NCBI GenBank assembly: GCA_963777605.1
Contig: CAVZRV010000027.1
Coordinates: 480,001 to 544,000 of the forward strand
DNA: 64,000 bases
Reading direction: 5' to 3'
Origin: an uncultured Acidobacteriota bacterium
Lineage (GTDB): Bacteria; Acidobacteriota; UBA6911; RPQK01; JAPXNP01
The notes under the pieces are model-generated. The model was not told the origin of the DNA. It did no database searches and saw only the letters and a list, made by a program, of their open reading frames with translations. Position 1 is the first letter of the stretch; every line of letters starts with the position of its first letter. Both the position numbers and the translations under genes were made by a program. Positions 41,810 through 53,689 of this stretch are shown here, one piece after another.

Positions 41810-44800
41810 TCAGTTTCCTCCGACCCGCATGCGATCTTCCAGGTTTTCCTGGAACGCCAGCATGAGGACCTCTTCTTCACTTCGTCCTGCTTTTCGATTT
41901 CGCTCCTGCGCTTCGAGAACGCGTCCAAAGTCGTTCGGGAAGACTTTCACGAACTGCTTCACCGACTGCTTCCAGTCGGCAAGAACGCGGTGAGCGAGTT
42001 TACTGCCAGTGAAGTCCAGGTGTCGCTGGATCAGATCCTTCACGAAGCGGACCTCTCTGGCGCCCTCAAGACCGAAAAGCTTGACCAACTCCAGGTTGCA
42101 GAGCCCGGGGAATGCCTGTTCGGGATCGAACACATAGGCTATTCCTCCCGACATCCCCGCCGCGAAGTTCCGCCCAGTCGGGCCGAGAATGACGACCCGC
42201 CCCCCGGTCATGTACTCGCAGCCGTGGTCTCCGACGCCCTCGACAACCGAATTCACACCGCTGTTTCGGACGCAGAATCTTTCTCCGGCAACACCGGAGA
42301 TGAAGGCCTCTCCTCCGGTCGCTCCATAGAAAGCCACATTGCCGACAATGACGTTTTCTTCAGCGCTGTACTGGGCCTTCCGGGGAGGATAGACAATGAT
42401 ACGGCCTCCCGAGAGCCCTTTGGCAAGATAGTCGTTGGCATCACCCTCCAGGGTCATCGTAATCCCAGGAGGCAAGAAAGCGCCGAAGCTCTGTCCGGCC
42501 GAGCCCTTGAAGAGCAGGTTGATCGTTCCGTCGGCCAACCCGGAGGCGCCGTAGCGACGGGTCACCTCGCTTCCCAGGATCGTTCCCACGACCCGGTCAG
42601 TGTTGTGGATTGGCAGGCTGACCGAGACCGGAAACCGCCGTTCCAGGGCCGGCTTGCACAGCTTCAGCAGATGAGTGTTGTCCAACGCGTCCTCGAGCCC
42701 GTGATCCTGCTCGATCTTCTTACGCTGCCCCACATAGCGGGGGACCTTTGGCCGGAACAGGATCGATGACAGGTCGAGCTGATTTGCTTTCCAGTGAGCT
42801 GCAGACGGTTCAAACGTCAGACAGTCGCTGCGCCCCACCATCTCATCGAACGTCCGGAAACCGAGTTCGGCCATCAACTCGCGGACTTCCTGGGCGATGA
42901 AACGCATCAGGTTTACGACGTATTCGGGCCGCCCGGCGAACTTTTTGCGCAACTCCGGATTCTGGGTAGCCACCCCCACCGGACAAGTGTTGAGGTGACA
43001 AACGCGCATCATGACACAGCCCAGTGCAACCAGCGGAAGAGTCCCAAACCCGAACTCCTCGGCGCCAAGAAGCGCACCGATCACGACGTCACGCCCGGTC
43101 TTCAGCTGGCCATCGACCTCCAGCACGACCCGGCTTCGAAGGTCATTGAGCAACAGCGTCTGTTGGGTTTCGGACAAACCCAGCTCCCACGGGATTCCGG
43201 CGTGCTTGATGCTCGTCAGAGGGGAGGCTCCCGTTCCCCCGTCATACCCGCTGATCAGGATGACGTCGGCGTGGGCCTTGGCGACACCTGCCGCGATCGT
43301 GCCGACCCCAACCTCGGAAACCAGCTTGACGCTGACGCGGGCCTGGGTATTGGCATTCTTCAAGTCGTGAATGAGCTGGGCCAGGTCTTCAATCGAATAG
43401 ATGTCATGGTGGGGAGGGGGCGAGATCAGCCCCACTCCGGGCGTCGAATGGCGAACTTTGGCGATCTCCGGGTAGACCTTGTGCCCGGGCAACTGACCGC
43501 CCTCTCCCGGCTTGGCACCCTGGGCCATCTTGATCTGAATTTCCCGCGAGTTGACGAGATACTCACTGGTCACCCCGAACCGACCCGATGCCACCTGCTT
43601 GATGGCACTGCTGCGCGAGTCTCCGTTCTCGTCCGGGATGTAGCGGGCGGGGTCTTCTCCCCCCTCACCCGTGTTGCTCCGCCCTCCCAAGCGGTTCATT
43701 GCGATCGCCAGGGTTTCGTGAGCTTCACGACTGATCGACCCATACGACATTGCCCCACCCTTGAACCGGTGGACAATCGAATCGACCGACTCGACTTCTT
43801 CGAGAGGCACCGGCCCATCAACCGAACGCATTTTGAAAAGCGAGCGGAGCGTCGCCAAGTGGTCGTCCCGATCGTTGACCTCACGCGTGTAGCGGCGAAA
43901 CTGTTCGTAGTCTCCGATCCGACAGGCCGCTTGCAGCATGTGAATCGTTTTCGGGTTGAAAAGGTGAAACTCGCCGTCCTTGCGCCACTTATAGGAGCCA
44001 CCCGAATCGAGTTGGCGAATTCCAGCAGGACGTTCGGGAAAAGCCGCTGTGTGACGTCGCCGGGTCTCCTCCGCAATGGTGTCCAGGTCGATTCCGCCGA
44101 TCCGGGAGACTGTGCCGGTGAAGTATTGCGCCACAACGCTCGGATTGATCCCGATACATTCGAAGATCTGGGCGCCGTGGTAGCTCTGGACCGTCGAGAT
44201 GCCCATCTTGGACATGGCTTTGACCACTCCTTTGATCGCAGCCTTGATGTAGTTCTTGACGGCAGTCTTATGGTCAACTCCAGGAAGCAAGCCCTGTCCG
44301 ATCATGTCGTCCAGGCTTTCAAACGCCAGGTAGGGATTGATCGCACTGGCTCCGTAACCGATCAGAAGCGCGAAATGATGGACTTCCCTGGGTTCGCCGC
44401 TCTCAACCAGGAGGGCCACACGCGTGCGCGTCTGCTCCCGGATCAAGTGGTGGTGGACGGCGGAAAGTGCCAGGAGAGACGGGATGGGAGCCTGCTCACG
44501 ATCAATCCCTCGATCGGAAAGAATCAGAATCTCACAGCCGGCTTTAATCGCTTCACTGGCTTCAAGGCAAAGTCGATTCAGGGCGCTCGAAAGGCCGTCG
44601 CCGCCCTCGGAAACCGAAAAGAGCGTGGGGAGTGTTCGGCTCTTGAAGCCGTGTACCCCGCCGGGCCCATCGATATCACCATCCAGCTGGCGGAGCTTCT
44701 CCAGCGCTTCATTACTCAGAATCGGGGCACCCAGCAGGATCTGGCGAGCCGATTCAGGCTCAATCTCAAGGAGGTTTCGCTCTGGTCCGATCGTCACATC

Positions 44801-46438
44801 GTGGGAAACAATGATCTCCTCACGAATCGAGTCGATCGGAGGGTTGGTGACCTGGGCAAAGAGCTGCTTGAAGTAATTGAACAGCAATTGTGGCCGCTCC
44901 GACAAGACTGCCAGGGAGGCGTCATTGCCCATCGACCCAATCGGCTCCGTGCCGTTTTTCGCCATCGGCGTCAGCAGGAGCCCAAGCTCTTCGGATGTGT
45001 ATCCGAAAGCCTGCTGCCGGAGCCTCACGGTGTCGTGGTCGACCGAGTGAACAAAATCGGGATCGGGCAGTTCGTCCAGACTCAACTGATACTTCTGAAT
45101 CCACTCCCCGTAAGGATGTTCCGAAGCGATCTGTTCCTTGAGTTCCTCGTCGGAAATGATCCGCCCAGCCTCGGTGTCGACGAGCAGCATCCGTCCCGGC
45201 TGGAGCCGGCCCTTGAACTCGATCTGCTCGGGCGCGATGTCGAGCACGCCTACTTCGGACGCCATCACAACGAGGCCGTCGATCGTCACATAGTATCGAG
45301 ACGGACGAAGACCATTGCGGTCGAGCACGGCTCCGATCCGGGTACCATCAGTGAAGGTCACGGAAGCCGGTCCGTCCCAGGGCTCCATCAGGCAGGAATG
45401 AAAGCGGTAGAAGCTCCGCTTGCTCTCACTCATGGATTCATGATGCTCCCAGGGCTCGGGAATCATCATCATCATGGCGTGCGGCAACGACCGTCCAGAC
45501 AGGTGTAGCAACTCGAGAGCGTTGTCGAAGATCGCAGAGTCACTTCCGGTCTCATCCAGAACAGGGAGAATCTTCGCAACATCCTCTCCGAGCACGCTCG
45601 ATGAGAACATGCTCTGACGGGCCCGCATCCAGTTGACGTTGCCACGCAGGGTGTTGATTTCGCCGTTATGGCTCAGGTAGCGGTACGGATGAGCCCTTGC
45701 CCAGGTCGGAAATGTGTTGGTGCTGAACCGCGAATGGACCATGGCCAGGGCGGTGTCCAGGGCCGGGTTCTGAAGATCGGGATAGAAGGGAAGGAGCTGG
45801 TCCGACTTGAGCATTCCCTTGTACACGATGGTCCGATGGGAGAGCGAGCAAACGTAGAAACCGCTGCACTCAGGAATCCCCAACTCGTGCACCTCGTTCT
45901 CGATCCGCCGCCGGATCACGTAGAGCTTCCGCTCAAAGCTCATGGCATCAGGCAACTGCTCGCTCCGTCCGATGAAGACCTGGCGGATCACCGGCTCGCT
46001 CGCCTTTGCACTCAACCCCAGCATGGTGCTGACGGTGGGCACCGTGCGCCAGCCCAATACGGTCTGGCCTTCCTGTTCGATGACCTGTTCGAACATCCAC
46101 TCAAACTGGTAACGGGCTTCCGGATCGGTCGGCAAAAATACCAGCCCGGCTCCGTACCAACCCGGTCTGGGAAGTCGAAACGAAAGATTCGTCCGGAAAT
46201 CCTGGAAGAACCGGTGGGGCATCTGAATCAGGATTCCGGCGCCATCACCGGTGTCGGCTTCACACCCGCAGGCGCCGCGGTGGTGCAGTTTGTTCAGCAC
46301 CTCGATCGCCTGCTTCAGGATGGCGTGGGATCGGCGTCCTTTCATGTCGGCCACGAACCCGACACCACAGGCGTCATGTTCAAACTTCGGGTTGTAGAGC
46401 CCCTGCTCAGGAGGCATTCCTGTCATCGCCATATTCAT
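41810..46438 (-). CDS. gltB: Glutamate synthase large subunit
   Basis: [37 protein letters not shown]; start uncertain between 46474 and 46417. Confidence 0.97.
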   Translation of the reverse strand: MNMAMTGMPPEQGLYNPKFEHDACGVGFVADMKGRRSHAILKQAIEVLNKLHHRGACGCEADTGDGAGILIQMPHRFFQDFRTNLSFRLPRPGWYGAGLVFLPTDPEARYQFEWMFEQVIEQEGQTVLGWRTVPTVSTMLGLSAKASEPVIRQVFIGRSEQLPDAMSFERKLYVIRRRIENEVHELGIPECSGFYVCSLSHRTIVYKGMLKSDQLLPFYPDLQNPALDTALAMVHSRFSTNTFPTWARAHPYRYLSHNGEINTLRGNVNWMRARQSMFSSSVLGEDVAKILPVLDETGSDSAIFDNALELLHLSGRSLPHAMMMMIPEPWEHHESMSESKRSFYRFHSCLMEPWDGPASVTFTDGTRIGAVLDRNGLRPSRYYVTIDGLVVMASEVGVLDIAPEQIEFKGRLQPGRMLLVDTEAGRIISDEELKEQIASEHPYGEWIQKYQLSLDELPDPDFVHSVDHDTVRLRQQAFGYTSEELGLLLTPMAKNGTEPIGSMGNDASLAVLSERPQLLFNYFKQLFAQVTNPPIDSIREEIIVSHDVTIGPERNLLEIEPESARQILLGAPILSNEALEKLRQLDGDIDGPGGVHGFKSRTLPTLFSVSEGGDGLSSALNRLCLEASEAIKAGCEILILSDRGIDREQAPIPSLLALSAVHHHLIREQTRTRVALLVESGEPREVHHFALLIGYGASAINPYLAFESLDDMIGQGLLPGVDHKTAVKNYIKAAIKGVVKAMSKMGISTVQSYHGAQIFECIGINPSVVAQYFTGTVSRIGGIDLDTIAEETRRRHTAAFPERPAGIRQLDSGGSYKWRKDGEFHLFNPKTIHMLQAACRIGDYEQFRRYTREVNDRDDHLATLRSLFKMRSVDGPVPLEEVESVDSIVHRFKGGAMSYGSISREAHETLAIAMNRLGGRSNTGEGGEDPARYIPDENGDSRSSAIKQVASGRFGVTSEYLVNSREIQIKMAQGAKPGEGGQLPGHKVYPEIAKVRHSTPGVGLISPPPHHDIYSIEDLAQLIHDLKNANTQARVSVKLVSEVGVGTIAAGVAKAHADVILISGYDGGTGASPLTSIKHAGIPWELGLSETQQTLLLNDLRSRVVLEVDGQLKTGRDVVIGALLGAEEFGFGTLPLVALGCVMMRVCHLNTCPVGVATQNPELRKKFAGRPEYVVNLMRFIAQEVRELMAELGFRTFDEMVGRSDCLTFEPSAAHWKANQLDLSSILFRPKVPRYVGQRKKIEQDHGLEDALDNTHLLKLCKPALERRFPVSVSLPIHNTDRVVGTILGSEVTRRYGASGLADGTINLLFKGSAGQSFGAFLPPGITMTLEGDANDYLAKGLSGGRIIVYPPRKAQYSAEENVIVGNVAFYGATGGEAFISGVAGERFCVRNSGVNSVVEGVGDHGCEYMTGGRVVILGPTGRNFAAGMSGGIAYVFDPEQAFPGLCNLELVKLFGLEGAREVRFVKDLIQRHLDFTGSKLAHRVLADWKQSVKQFVKVFPNDFGRVLEAQERNRKAGRSEEEVLMLAFQENLEDRMRVGGN

Positions 46439-46861
46439 ACCTTCCGGGTTCATCTTCGCCCAGCGAGCGACCAAGATATCATGAGCTTTGCAAATAACAG
46501 CTCAAAGCGTCATAGAAAAAACTCATGGGGCGCCGAACAAATTTCGATTTCAGAGTCACCGGCCGTCTCGGGGGTGGGGCTGAATCCTCATAATTATACA
46601 ACGTCAGCCCATCGTTTCCCGTCGCCGGGCCGACGACAATGCGAAAATGCCGGCCGGAATCTTGCATCCGGGAGCGATAGAACCGAAACTGGAGAGCGTA
46701 CTGCCGCGCCCGGGCCATTCAAGGTCCGTCGCTCAAGACTTCATTTAGATGAATTGGACTGACTGGATGACTTGGATAGCCGGAGATACCGTTTCTGCCC
46801 CTGAACAAACTTCAAATCATCCACACCCGGCGTGCGGCAACGCTAACCATGGAAACAGAGG

Positions 46862-48355
46862 ATGCTCATGAGAATTCTAGCTGGATTCGTGACCGTCTGG
46901 ACCCTGATTACATTCAGCGGTGTCCTGGCGGCTGCGGATGACTCCAAGCCATCAGTTGACATTTTCCTTTGGTTTGACACTGAAGACTACATCCTTCCCG
47001 AGGCCGACGACGCTCTTCTTCGAATTGCCACGTTCCTCGAGTCCGAGGGAGTGTCGGCGACGTTCAAGCTGGTCGGCGAAAAGGCGCGCGTTCTCGAGAA
47101 GCGGGGACGCACCGACATCTTGCGGGTCCTGGCTTCGCATGACGTGGGCTACCACACCAACTTCCACAGCGTTCATCCCACCCCAGCAGAGTTTCTTTCC
47201 AACCTGGGCTGGTTCGAAGGAGTCCGCGAGTTCGAGCGGAGAGAGGAAGCAGGCGTTCGCGACGTCCGGAGAATCACCGGGCGGATGCCTTCCTGTTACG
47301 GGCAGCCTGGCACGTCCTGGGCACCGCAGGTGTACGGGGCCCTCCAGGACTGGGGCATTGGAGTGTACCTGGACGATACTCGACACATCGACGTTTCCGG
47401 CCGACCTTACTACTATGGCGGCGTCCTCAATCTCCTTTCACTGAAACATACTCTGCGTACCGAACTGGGCGGGAACGCGGACCTCGCCGCCGGTAAAAGA
47501 GCCTTTGAGGAGGCATACCGGGAAATTGAACAGGCCGGAGGGGGCGTTGTCAGTATCTACTACCATCCATGTGAATTCGTTCACGCCGAGTTCTGGGACG
47601 GGGTCAACTTCGCCCACGGGGCTAATCCCGGAAGGGACGAGTGGAAGCTCCCCCCGGTGAAGACGCCGGAGCAGATTGAAACCGGGTTTCGAACCTTCGA
47701 GGCCTTCATCCGTTACATCAAGGACTTCCCGGGCGTGCATTTCCGAACCTCGCGGGTTGCGGCCTCCCTTTACCCGGACGGAGCCTATGAGCGCACCTGG
47801 TCTCCAGAGGAGCTCCGACAGTTGGCCCAGCGGGTCAGCCAGAACGATGTCGACTTCTTCGAGGCCCCCAGCTATACGTTGTCCGCAGCCGAGATCTTCC
47901 GCCTTCTGGTCTCATTCGGAAATGACATGGCCCATGGACAGGTAGCCAACTCCTATAGGCTTGGCTCCCGAACAATCATGGGTCCGGTTCGACCGGCTGC
48001 CCAGCCCCGGGTGCAAACCACAGGCGATCAGTTTCTCCGGACGCTGGCTGACGTGGAGGCCTTCATGAAAGCCAATTCCAGGGTGCCCGATGATGTCTGG
48101 CTGGGAAGCGTCTCGGTCAGCCCGGAGAGCTTCCTGCGAACGCTTGCCAACAAAATCCCGTCTCTGGCCGGAATCGATGGGGAAACCGTTACATTTGAAA
48201 CGGCCCGCCTGGCAGCGGCCGACAACGTCCGGACCGATGAGTCGATTTGGGACTGGCCTATCTTCCCAACCGATTTCAAGGCACCGGAGATGATGGAGCT
48301 GGCGCAGCGTCAAGCCTGGACGCTGAAGCCGGCGCTCAGGCTGGGCTCGCGGTAG
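46862..48355 (+). CDS. Exported polysaccharide deacetylase-like (NodB fold) protein
   Basis: Signal peptide; WFDTEDY and VGYHTNFHSVHP metal-binding motifs. Confidence 0.65.
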   Translation: MLMRILAGFVTVWTLITFSGVLAAADDSKPSVDIFLWFDTEDYILPEADDALLRIATFLESEGVSATFKLVGEKARVLEKRGRTDILRVLASHDVGYHTNFHSVHPTPAEFLSNLGWFEGVREFERREEAGVRDVRRITGRMPSCYGQPGTSWAPQVYGALQDWGIGVYLDDTRHIDVSGRPYYYGGVLNLLSLKHTLRTELGGNADLAAGKRAFEEAYREIEQAGGGVVSIYYHPCEFVHAEFWDGVNFAHGANPGRDEWKLPPVKTPEQIETGFRTFEAFIRYIKDFPGVHFRTSRVAASLYPDGAYERTWSPEELRQLAQRVSQNDVDFFEAPSYTLSAAEIFRLLVSFGNDMAHGQVANSYRLGSRTIMGPVRPAAQPRVQTTGDQFLRTLADVEAFMKANSRVPDDVWLGSVSVSPESFLRTLANKIPSLAGIDGETVTFETARLAAADNVRTDESIWDWPIFPTDFKAPEMMELAQRQAWTLKPALRLGSR

Positions 48356-48578
48356 GCTCCCCTCAGGTGCAGAGCACCGGCATTTGTGATTGGGTGGGTC
48401 GCTTCGCACTTTTTCCCGCACGTTCGTTATTAGTAGATGGGGTTTGGGGTTTGGCCTCCGCCAGAAGCTTTGCCCGGGGGTTTCGTGCGCCCGCCGACGG
48501 ATTGCGTAAGGAGAGACGAGTCAGATTTGGCTCCGATGGCGATTTCGGCAACACAACTCAAACGTCGCGAATCGCAGA

Positions 48579-49220
48579 TCAATCAGACTTGACCCTGATG
48601 TTGCGGACCCTTGCCGTGGTCAACCAGGTTGCAACGCCGAACGGCCGCGAAAGGCGCACCTCGGAACGGACCGTGAACCGATGATCGTCCCGCTCGACAT
48701 CCACGATACGGCTCCCGTCCAGCCAGGCCCTGATCTCCCGATCGGTCACCTGGACCCTGACGGCGTACCACTGGCCACGCTTGAAACCCATGAAACGGGT
48801 CGTTTCGTTCTCTGAGGCGTCATGTCCGTCGATTGAACTCAGGCCGACCAACCCGCCTCCCCAACCACCAAGGATCAGGGAACAGAATTCGTCGCCCACC
48901 GGGAAAGTGAGCCCGCAGAAGAAATCGTTGCCGACTTCACGCATCGCCTCGAGGGTCACTTCGTAGGAATTCTTCGGAAATTCCCCGGTCCATGTGATCC
49001 CCGTCATCGGCTCACCCATCCCCAGAACAATGCTTCCCTGGTCCACGAAGACTTTCCCCTGTCCACCGAACTGGGTGATCGTCCACCGGTCCAGGCTTTT
49101 GCCGTCGAAAAGGTCTTTCCAACCCGCCTCACCGGGTCCAGCCAAAGCCGCACCCGGCGAAGCCTCGCGAGCGAACCCACAACCCAACAAAAGGACCAGA
49201 CTGAGCGCAATTCTGAACAT
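48579..49220 (-). CDS. DUF1080 / 3-keto-disaccharide hydrolase family protein
   Basis: Signal peptide, GWKDLFDGKSL, beta-rich fold, WYAVRVQV. Confidence 0.82.
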   Translation of the reverse strand: MFRIALSLVLLLGCGFAREASPGAALAGPGEAGWKDLFDGKSLDRWTITQFGGQGKVFVDQGSIVLGMGEPMTGITWTGEFPKNSYEVTLEAMREVGNDFFCGLTFPVGDEFCSLILGGWGGGLVGLSSIDGHDASENETTRFMGFKRGQWYAVRVQVTDREIRAWLDGSRIVDVERDDHRFTVRSEVRLSRPFGVATWLTTARVRNIRVKSD

Positions 49221-49228
49221 CAAGCTCG

Positions 49229-50260
49229 TTACCCTCCCGAACCCGGGTCGCGTTCCCGGTAGTTCCACAGCAATTCAATGGTCACGCCCCCGATTGCATC
49301 GGTATCCACATAGGCGAATCGTCCCGATCCCGACTTGCCCGGACTGCCCCAACTACCCGATTGGGAAATCTCGTATCCAGCCTGGCGAAAGAAGGCGATG
49401 GCGTCGTCCATGTCATCGACGTTGAAGGCGAAATGATGGAATCCCTCGCCGTGGGCCTTCATGGCATCCTCGTAAACCGTCGGTCCCCGCAGCGGCTCGA
49501 TCCACTCGTAGGTAATATCCCCGTGCCGCTGCCAGCCCAAACGCTGATCAAACTGACCTGGCCGGCCACGATAGAGGAGATCGGACAATGGCCCGTGGGT
49601 AATCTCCATCGAGGGGAGTCCAAGGGAAGACCAATACCGCGAGGGCGACTCAAGATCACGAACAATGAAGGCGTACTGGGACGGAACAAGAGAGATGGGG
49701 GTTTTGGATGCCGGGAGAACCGGCCGGTTGGAGTGCCCCACCAGGGAAATCGCAATCCGTCCCTGAGACCGGGTGTTCAGGACTACTGAATGCCGTACGT
49801 AGCCCCCCACCGCAAGCATGATCTCATCCGACGGAACCGCCCCCTTCCCGCCAAGTCGGCCAAGTTCCCGGTGCAGTGTCTCCTGGTCGGGAACGGCATG
49901 ATTGAGACAGAAGACACCCTCGCCTCGTTCCTGCAAGAACGAACTGTAGGCAGTCTCCCCCGCAACCGGTTCAATCCAGACCACTCGAAAACCGGCCAGA
50001 TTGCCTTCTGCAATTCGGACACGGCCCTCCGATGTCCCGGACGGCTCACCGTCTTGAATCCGGGCCACCCCACGATCTACGACTCCGAATCCGAGCCTTT
50101 CCCAACTGGAAATCACCCGGTCGAGGTCCCTGACAACCCAATCCACGCTGTCAACGTGCCGGTAAAACTCGGCAGGATCGACAGCGGAAAGAACTGCCAT
50201 CAAAGAAAATACGGAAATCAGCAAGGCGAATGTCCGGCTCATCACCATCCTCCACTGCAT
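49229..50260 (-). CDS. Exported tandem VOC (glyoxalase / methylmalonyl-CoA epimerase-like) protein
   Basis: Signal peptide; two VOC repeats (WIEP..G...GEG[VF]; HHFAFNV; AYVDT..GG...ELL). Confidence 0.75.
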   Translation of the reverse strand: MQWRMVMSRTFALLISVFSLMAVLSAVDPAEFYRHVDSVDWVVRDLDRVISSWERLGFGVVDRGVARIQDGEPSGTSEGRVRIAEGNLAGFRVVWIEPVAGETAYSSFLQERGEGVFCLNHAVPDQETLHRELGRLGGKGAVPSDEIMLAVGGYVRHSVVLNTRSQGRIAISLVGHSNRPVLPASKTPISLVPSQYAFIVRDLESPSRYWSSLGLPSMEITHGPLSDLLYRGRPGQFDQRLGWQRHGDITYEWIEPLRGPTVYEDAMKAHGEGFHHFAFNVDDMDDAIAFFRQAGYEISQSGSWGSPGKSGSGRFAYVDTDAIGGVTIELLWNYRERDPGSGG

Positions 50261-50312
50261 CGACAGCTTCCGGGAGTCTCCACCCTGGAGATCTCACCAA
50301 GCGTCTCCGCGA

Positions 50313-51323
50313 TTATGGTTCCAAAACGACCTTGAGTCCGTCCCGTCTCGAGGCCACCTCGAAGGCCTCATCAAATGAATCCAGGGGAAAACGATGAGTG
50401 ACAATCGAGGAGACGTCGATCGCCCCCTGTTCGACCAGACGAATCGCCCTCGGGTAGGTGTGTTTCATCCGGCGAACCAGCTTGATTGTCAAACCTTTAC
50501 GCCTGGAGACTGATGCCGAGAATTGGATCGCATCCCCCGAAGGGATCCCCGCCAGAATCACTTTTCCACCCGGCTTGACCAGGTCGAACGCTGCCCGGAT
50601 CGCCGCGTCGTCGCCGGCCGCCTCGAACACTACATCCAGCTCACGCCCTCCGGGCGAACGCTCAATTTCGGCCACTTCCCCACCCTGGCCGTCCGCAAGC
50701 CAGGCCCCGGTGGCCCCCATCTCCCGGGCGGCATCGACGCGATGTTTGAGACGATCCGTCGCTACCAGAACGCTCGCTCCCGCCAGCCGTGCCAGTTGCA
50801 GGATCAGTAACCCAATGGGACCGCTGCCGAGAACGCCGATTCTCATCCCCACCCTGAGATGGGCAAGGTCTACGGTATGGATGGCCACACCGAGAGGTTC
50901 GAGCATTGCCCCTGCTGCCGCGTCGAATCTTCCCGGCAGTGGGAACATCATTCGGGCCGGCCAGGAAAGGAGATCTCGAAAGGCACCATCGTCCTCTCCA
51001 TGCCCGGCGAATCGAAGGTCCCGACAAAAATTCGGGTTCCCTTCCTGGCAAAAATCACAAACCTGGCAGTTGATCGCAGGCTCAACTGCGACCAGCCGGC
51101 CCGACAACTCGCCTGTTGTCACGGTCCCGGCAAACTCGTGTCCCAGGACAAGGGGACGGGAGAGGGAAGCATCACCGATGGCACCATCTTCGACCCAGTG
51201 CAGATCGGAGCCGCAGATCCCCACTGCTTCCACTCGCATCGCCGACTCCCCCGCTACCGGAATCGGATCGGCTTCCTCGGAGAGTCTCAGGTCACCGGCA
51301 CCGTAAAGTCTCAAAGCGCGCAT
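50313..51323 (-). CDS. Zn-dependent polyol dehydrogenase (MDR family)
   Basis: GICGSD, GHE, structural Zn CxxCxxC...C, GSGPIG. Confidence 0.9.
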   Translation of the reverse strand: MRALRLYGAGDLRLSEEADPIPVAGESAMRVEAVGICGSDLHWVEDGAIGDASLSRPLVLGHEFAGTVTTGELSGRLVAVEPAINCQVCDFCQEGNPNFCRDLRFAGHGEDDGAFRDLLSWPARMMFPLPGRFDAAAGAMLEPLGVAIHTVDLAHLRVGMRIGVLGSGPIGLLILQLARLAGASVLVATDRLKHRVDAAREMGATGAWLADGQGGEVAEIERSPGGRELDVVFEAAGDDAAIRAAFDLVKPGGKVILAGIPSGDAIQFSASVSRRKGLTIKLVRRMKHTYPRAIRLVEQGAIDVSSIVTHRFPLDSFDEAFEVASRRDGLKVVLEP

Positions 51324-51470
51324 CCATCACTCCACTTCCCGGCAACAGCCGTCGTCACCTTGATTCTAGCGACAAAGCACGGGAAGTGACACAGGTGGGT
51401 TGAAGTCTGCACCGAATTGGCCGAGGATGAGAGCGCGTCCAGAACCGGGGTTCCCAGGGGAGATTCGAAG

Positions 51471-52169
51471 ATGTCAACGCGTCTGAAAGATTTGAAGGAG
51501 CAGGTCCTGGAAGCGAATCTCGAACTCGTTCGAGAGGGTCTTGTGATCTCCACTTTTGGAAACGCGAGCGGGATTCTGCGGGGCGAGGACCTCGTCGCAA
51601 TCAAACCGAGCGGCGTCAACTACCATCAGCTTCGCTCGCAGGACCTGATTGTGACGAACCTGAAGGGGGACATTATTGAAGGGACATTGCGACCGTCATC
51701 GGATCTTCCGACTCACCTCGAACTCTACCGTTCCTTCCCCGTGATCGGCGGCGTCACGCACACCCATTCCCGATTCGCCACCGCCTGGGCGCAGGCACGC
51801 CGGGAGATCCCCTGCCTGGGGACAACCCACGCCGACTACTTTTTCGGCCCGGTCCCGATTACTCCTTCGATAACATCCGAGGAGATTGAATCAGACTACG
51901 AGGCCAATACCGGGAAGGTCATCGCGCGGCGATTTGAAGGACTTGACCCGGCTCACTTTCCGGGCGTGCTGGTCGCATCCCACGGACCTTTTTCCTGGGG
52001 ATCCGACTCCCTCGGAGCATCCCACAACGCTGTTCTGCTGGAAGAAATCGCACGCATCGCCTGGTACACCCTGACTCTGAATCCCGGGACCGAGCCAGTC
52101 AGCCGGAGCCTGCTCGAAAAGCACTTCCAGCGCAAGCATGGTCCGGAAGCCTACTACGGGCAAAAGTGA
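51471..52169 (+). CDS. araD: L-ribulose-5-phosphate 4-epimerase
   Basis: GNAS, IKPSG, PSSD..TH, HTHS, GTTHADYF, RKHG..AYYGQ. Confidence 0.9.
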   Translation: MSTRLKDLKEQVLEANLELVREGLVISTFGNASGILRGEDLVAIKPSGVNYHQLRSQDLIVTNLKGDIIEGTLRPSSDLPTHLELYRSFPVIGGVTHTHSRFATAWAQARREIPCLGTTHADYFFGPVPITPSITSEEIESDYEANTGKVIARRFEGLDPAHFPGVLVASHGPFSWGSDSLGASHNAVLLEEIARIAWYTLTLNPGTEPVSRSLLEKHFQRKHGPEAYYGQK

Positions 52170-52345
52170 TCGAGGGCGGCCGTGTGCGGTCGGTCCCTCG
52201 ACTCGTCCAACAGTAGCTGAGAGACGGCGGTTGACTTTTCAGCTTGCCCGCTGATCCGGGATCGTCAATAATCCGCCTGAGCTGAGCTGTCAGGGCGTCG
52301 ATCCAGCGTTACGACCCCTTGCCGGCAATGTGAAAGGGGGCAGTC

Positions 52346-53689
52346 ATGGCCACTGAAGACAGGAAACCCGCGAGTTCGAGGCGCGAATTTCTGGGGACGT
52401 CAGGAAGGATCGCGGCGGCCGCTAGTATCCTTGGCGGAAGCTGGCCTGGAATCTACGCCGCCGAGAACAACACTATCAAGGTCGCCCTTGTCGGTTGCGG
52501 TGGTCGGGGCACCGGGGCGGCGGCAAACGCCCTTGCAACCGAGGGCCCGACGCGACTCGTTGCCATGGCCGACGTCTTCGAAAACCGGATTGGGATCAGC
52601 AGGAAGGCACTGTTTGACGAATTTCCCAACCAGATCGACGTCCCTCCCGATCGCCAATTCGTCGGATTTGAGGCCTACAAGTCGGCGATTGACTGCCTTG
52701 ACAAGGTGGATGTGGTCATTCTCGCTACGCCTCCCGCCTTTCGCCCACTCCATCTCGAATATGCCGTCAACAAAGGTTGCAATGTCTTCATGGAAAAGTC
52801 GTTCGCGGTTGACGGGCCTGGAATTCGACGGGTACTGGCCGCCGGCAAGAAAGCAGAGAGCAAGAACCTCAAGATAGCCGGGGGTTTGATGAGTCGTCAC
52901 TCCCCTCCCCTGGAACAGGCGGTCGAACAGATTCATCAGGGTGTGATTGGTGACGTTATCACCTGTTGGGCCTACCGCGAACACGAACCGGTTGGTTTTT
53001 CACAGCGCCCACCAGACGTTACTGAAATGGGCCACCAGGTTCGAAACTACAGTTGCTATACCTGGCTCAACGGCAGCTTCATCCTGGACTGGCTGATTCA
53101 CAATCTTGACGTCTGCTGCTGGGTCAAGGGCGCATGGCCGGTGTCCGCCCAGGGACAAGGCGGGCGGCAGGTCAGGACGGTCCCGGATCAACTGTTCGAT
53201 CACTATGCTGTCGAATACCGGTTCGAGGACGGAACCCGACTCTTCGCCCAGGGTCGGCACATGGAGAACTGCTGGGGCTTTTTCGGAGACAACATCCACG
53301 GAGCCAGCGGCTCTGCCGTTCTCGGCGAAGGGATCAAAGACCCGCGTCTTTATCGGGGACACGTCGGGGAGCCCAGCCGGCTAATTTGGGAATACAAGGG
53401 CCCCATGACTAATGCTTACCAGATCGAGCATGACCGGTTGTTTGCCGCAATCCGTGCCGATCGACCCTACAACGAAACCGAACGTTCTGCGTACGCCGCA
53501 TTGACCGGCATACTCGGCAGAATGGCCGCCGAATCTGGCAAGCAGGTCGGCTGGAAGGAAGCGATGGCATCGGACGTTGCCCTGGCGCCTGGAATTGAAC
53601 AGTTTACTATGGAGTCTGTACCCCCGGTCACCCCTGACGAAGAAGGGCGCTACCCTGTCGCGATGCCGGGAATATCCGCGGGTTTCTAG
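52346..53689 (+). CDS. Tat-exported Gfo/Idh/MocA oxidoreductase
   Basis: SRREFL Tat motif, VGCGGRG, ATPPAF, MEKS, IHNLD. Confidence 0.9.
   Translation: MATEDRKPASSRREFLGTSGRIAAAASILGGSWPGIYAAENNTIKVALVGCGGRGTGAAANALATEGPTRLVAMADVFENRIGISRKALFDEFPNQIDVPPDRQFVGFEAYKSAIDCLDKVDVVILATPPAFRPLHLEYAVNKGCNVFMEKSFAVDGPGIRRVLAAGKKAESKNLKIAGGLMSRHSPPLEQAVEQIHQGVIGDVITCWAYREHEPVGFSQRPPDVTEMGHQVRNYSCYTWLNGSFILDWLIHNLDVCCWVKGAWPVSAQGQGGRQVRTVPDQLFDHYAVEYRFEDGTRLFAQGRHMENCWGFFGDNIHGASGSAVLGEGIKDPRLYRGHVGEPSRLIWEYKGPMTNAYQIEHDRLFAAIRADRPYNETERSAYAALTGILGRMAAESGKQVGWKEAMASDVALAPGIEQFTMESVPPVTPDEEGRYPVAMPGISAGF

Noticed and set aside
42794-45508. 904-aa plus-strand ORF antisense to gltB (and similar long antisense ORFs at 32175, 39275, 21573, 17675)
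   Set aside because: Shadow ORFs expected opposite GC-rich, codon-biased genes; no recognisable motifs
48356-48578. 220-bp gap between convergent genes with G-runs, possible sRNA or G-quadruplex
   Set aside because: No clear promoter, terminator or regular G-tract spacing
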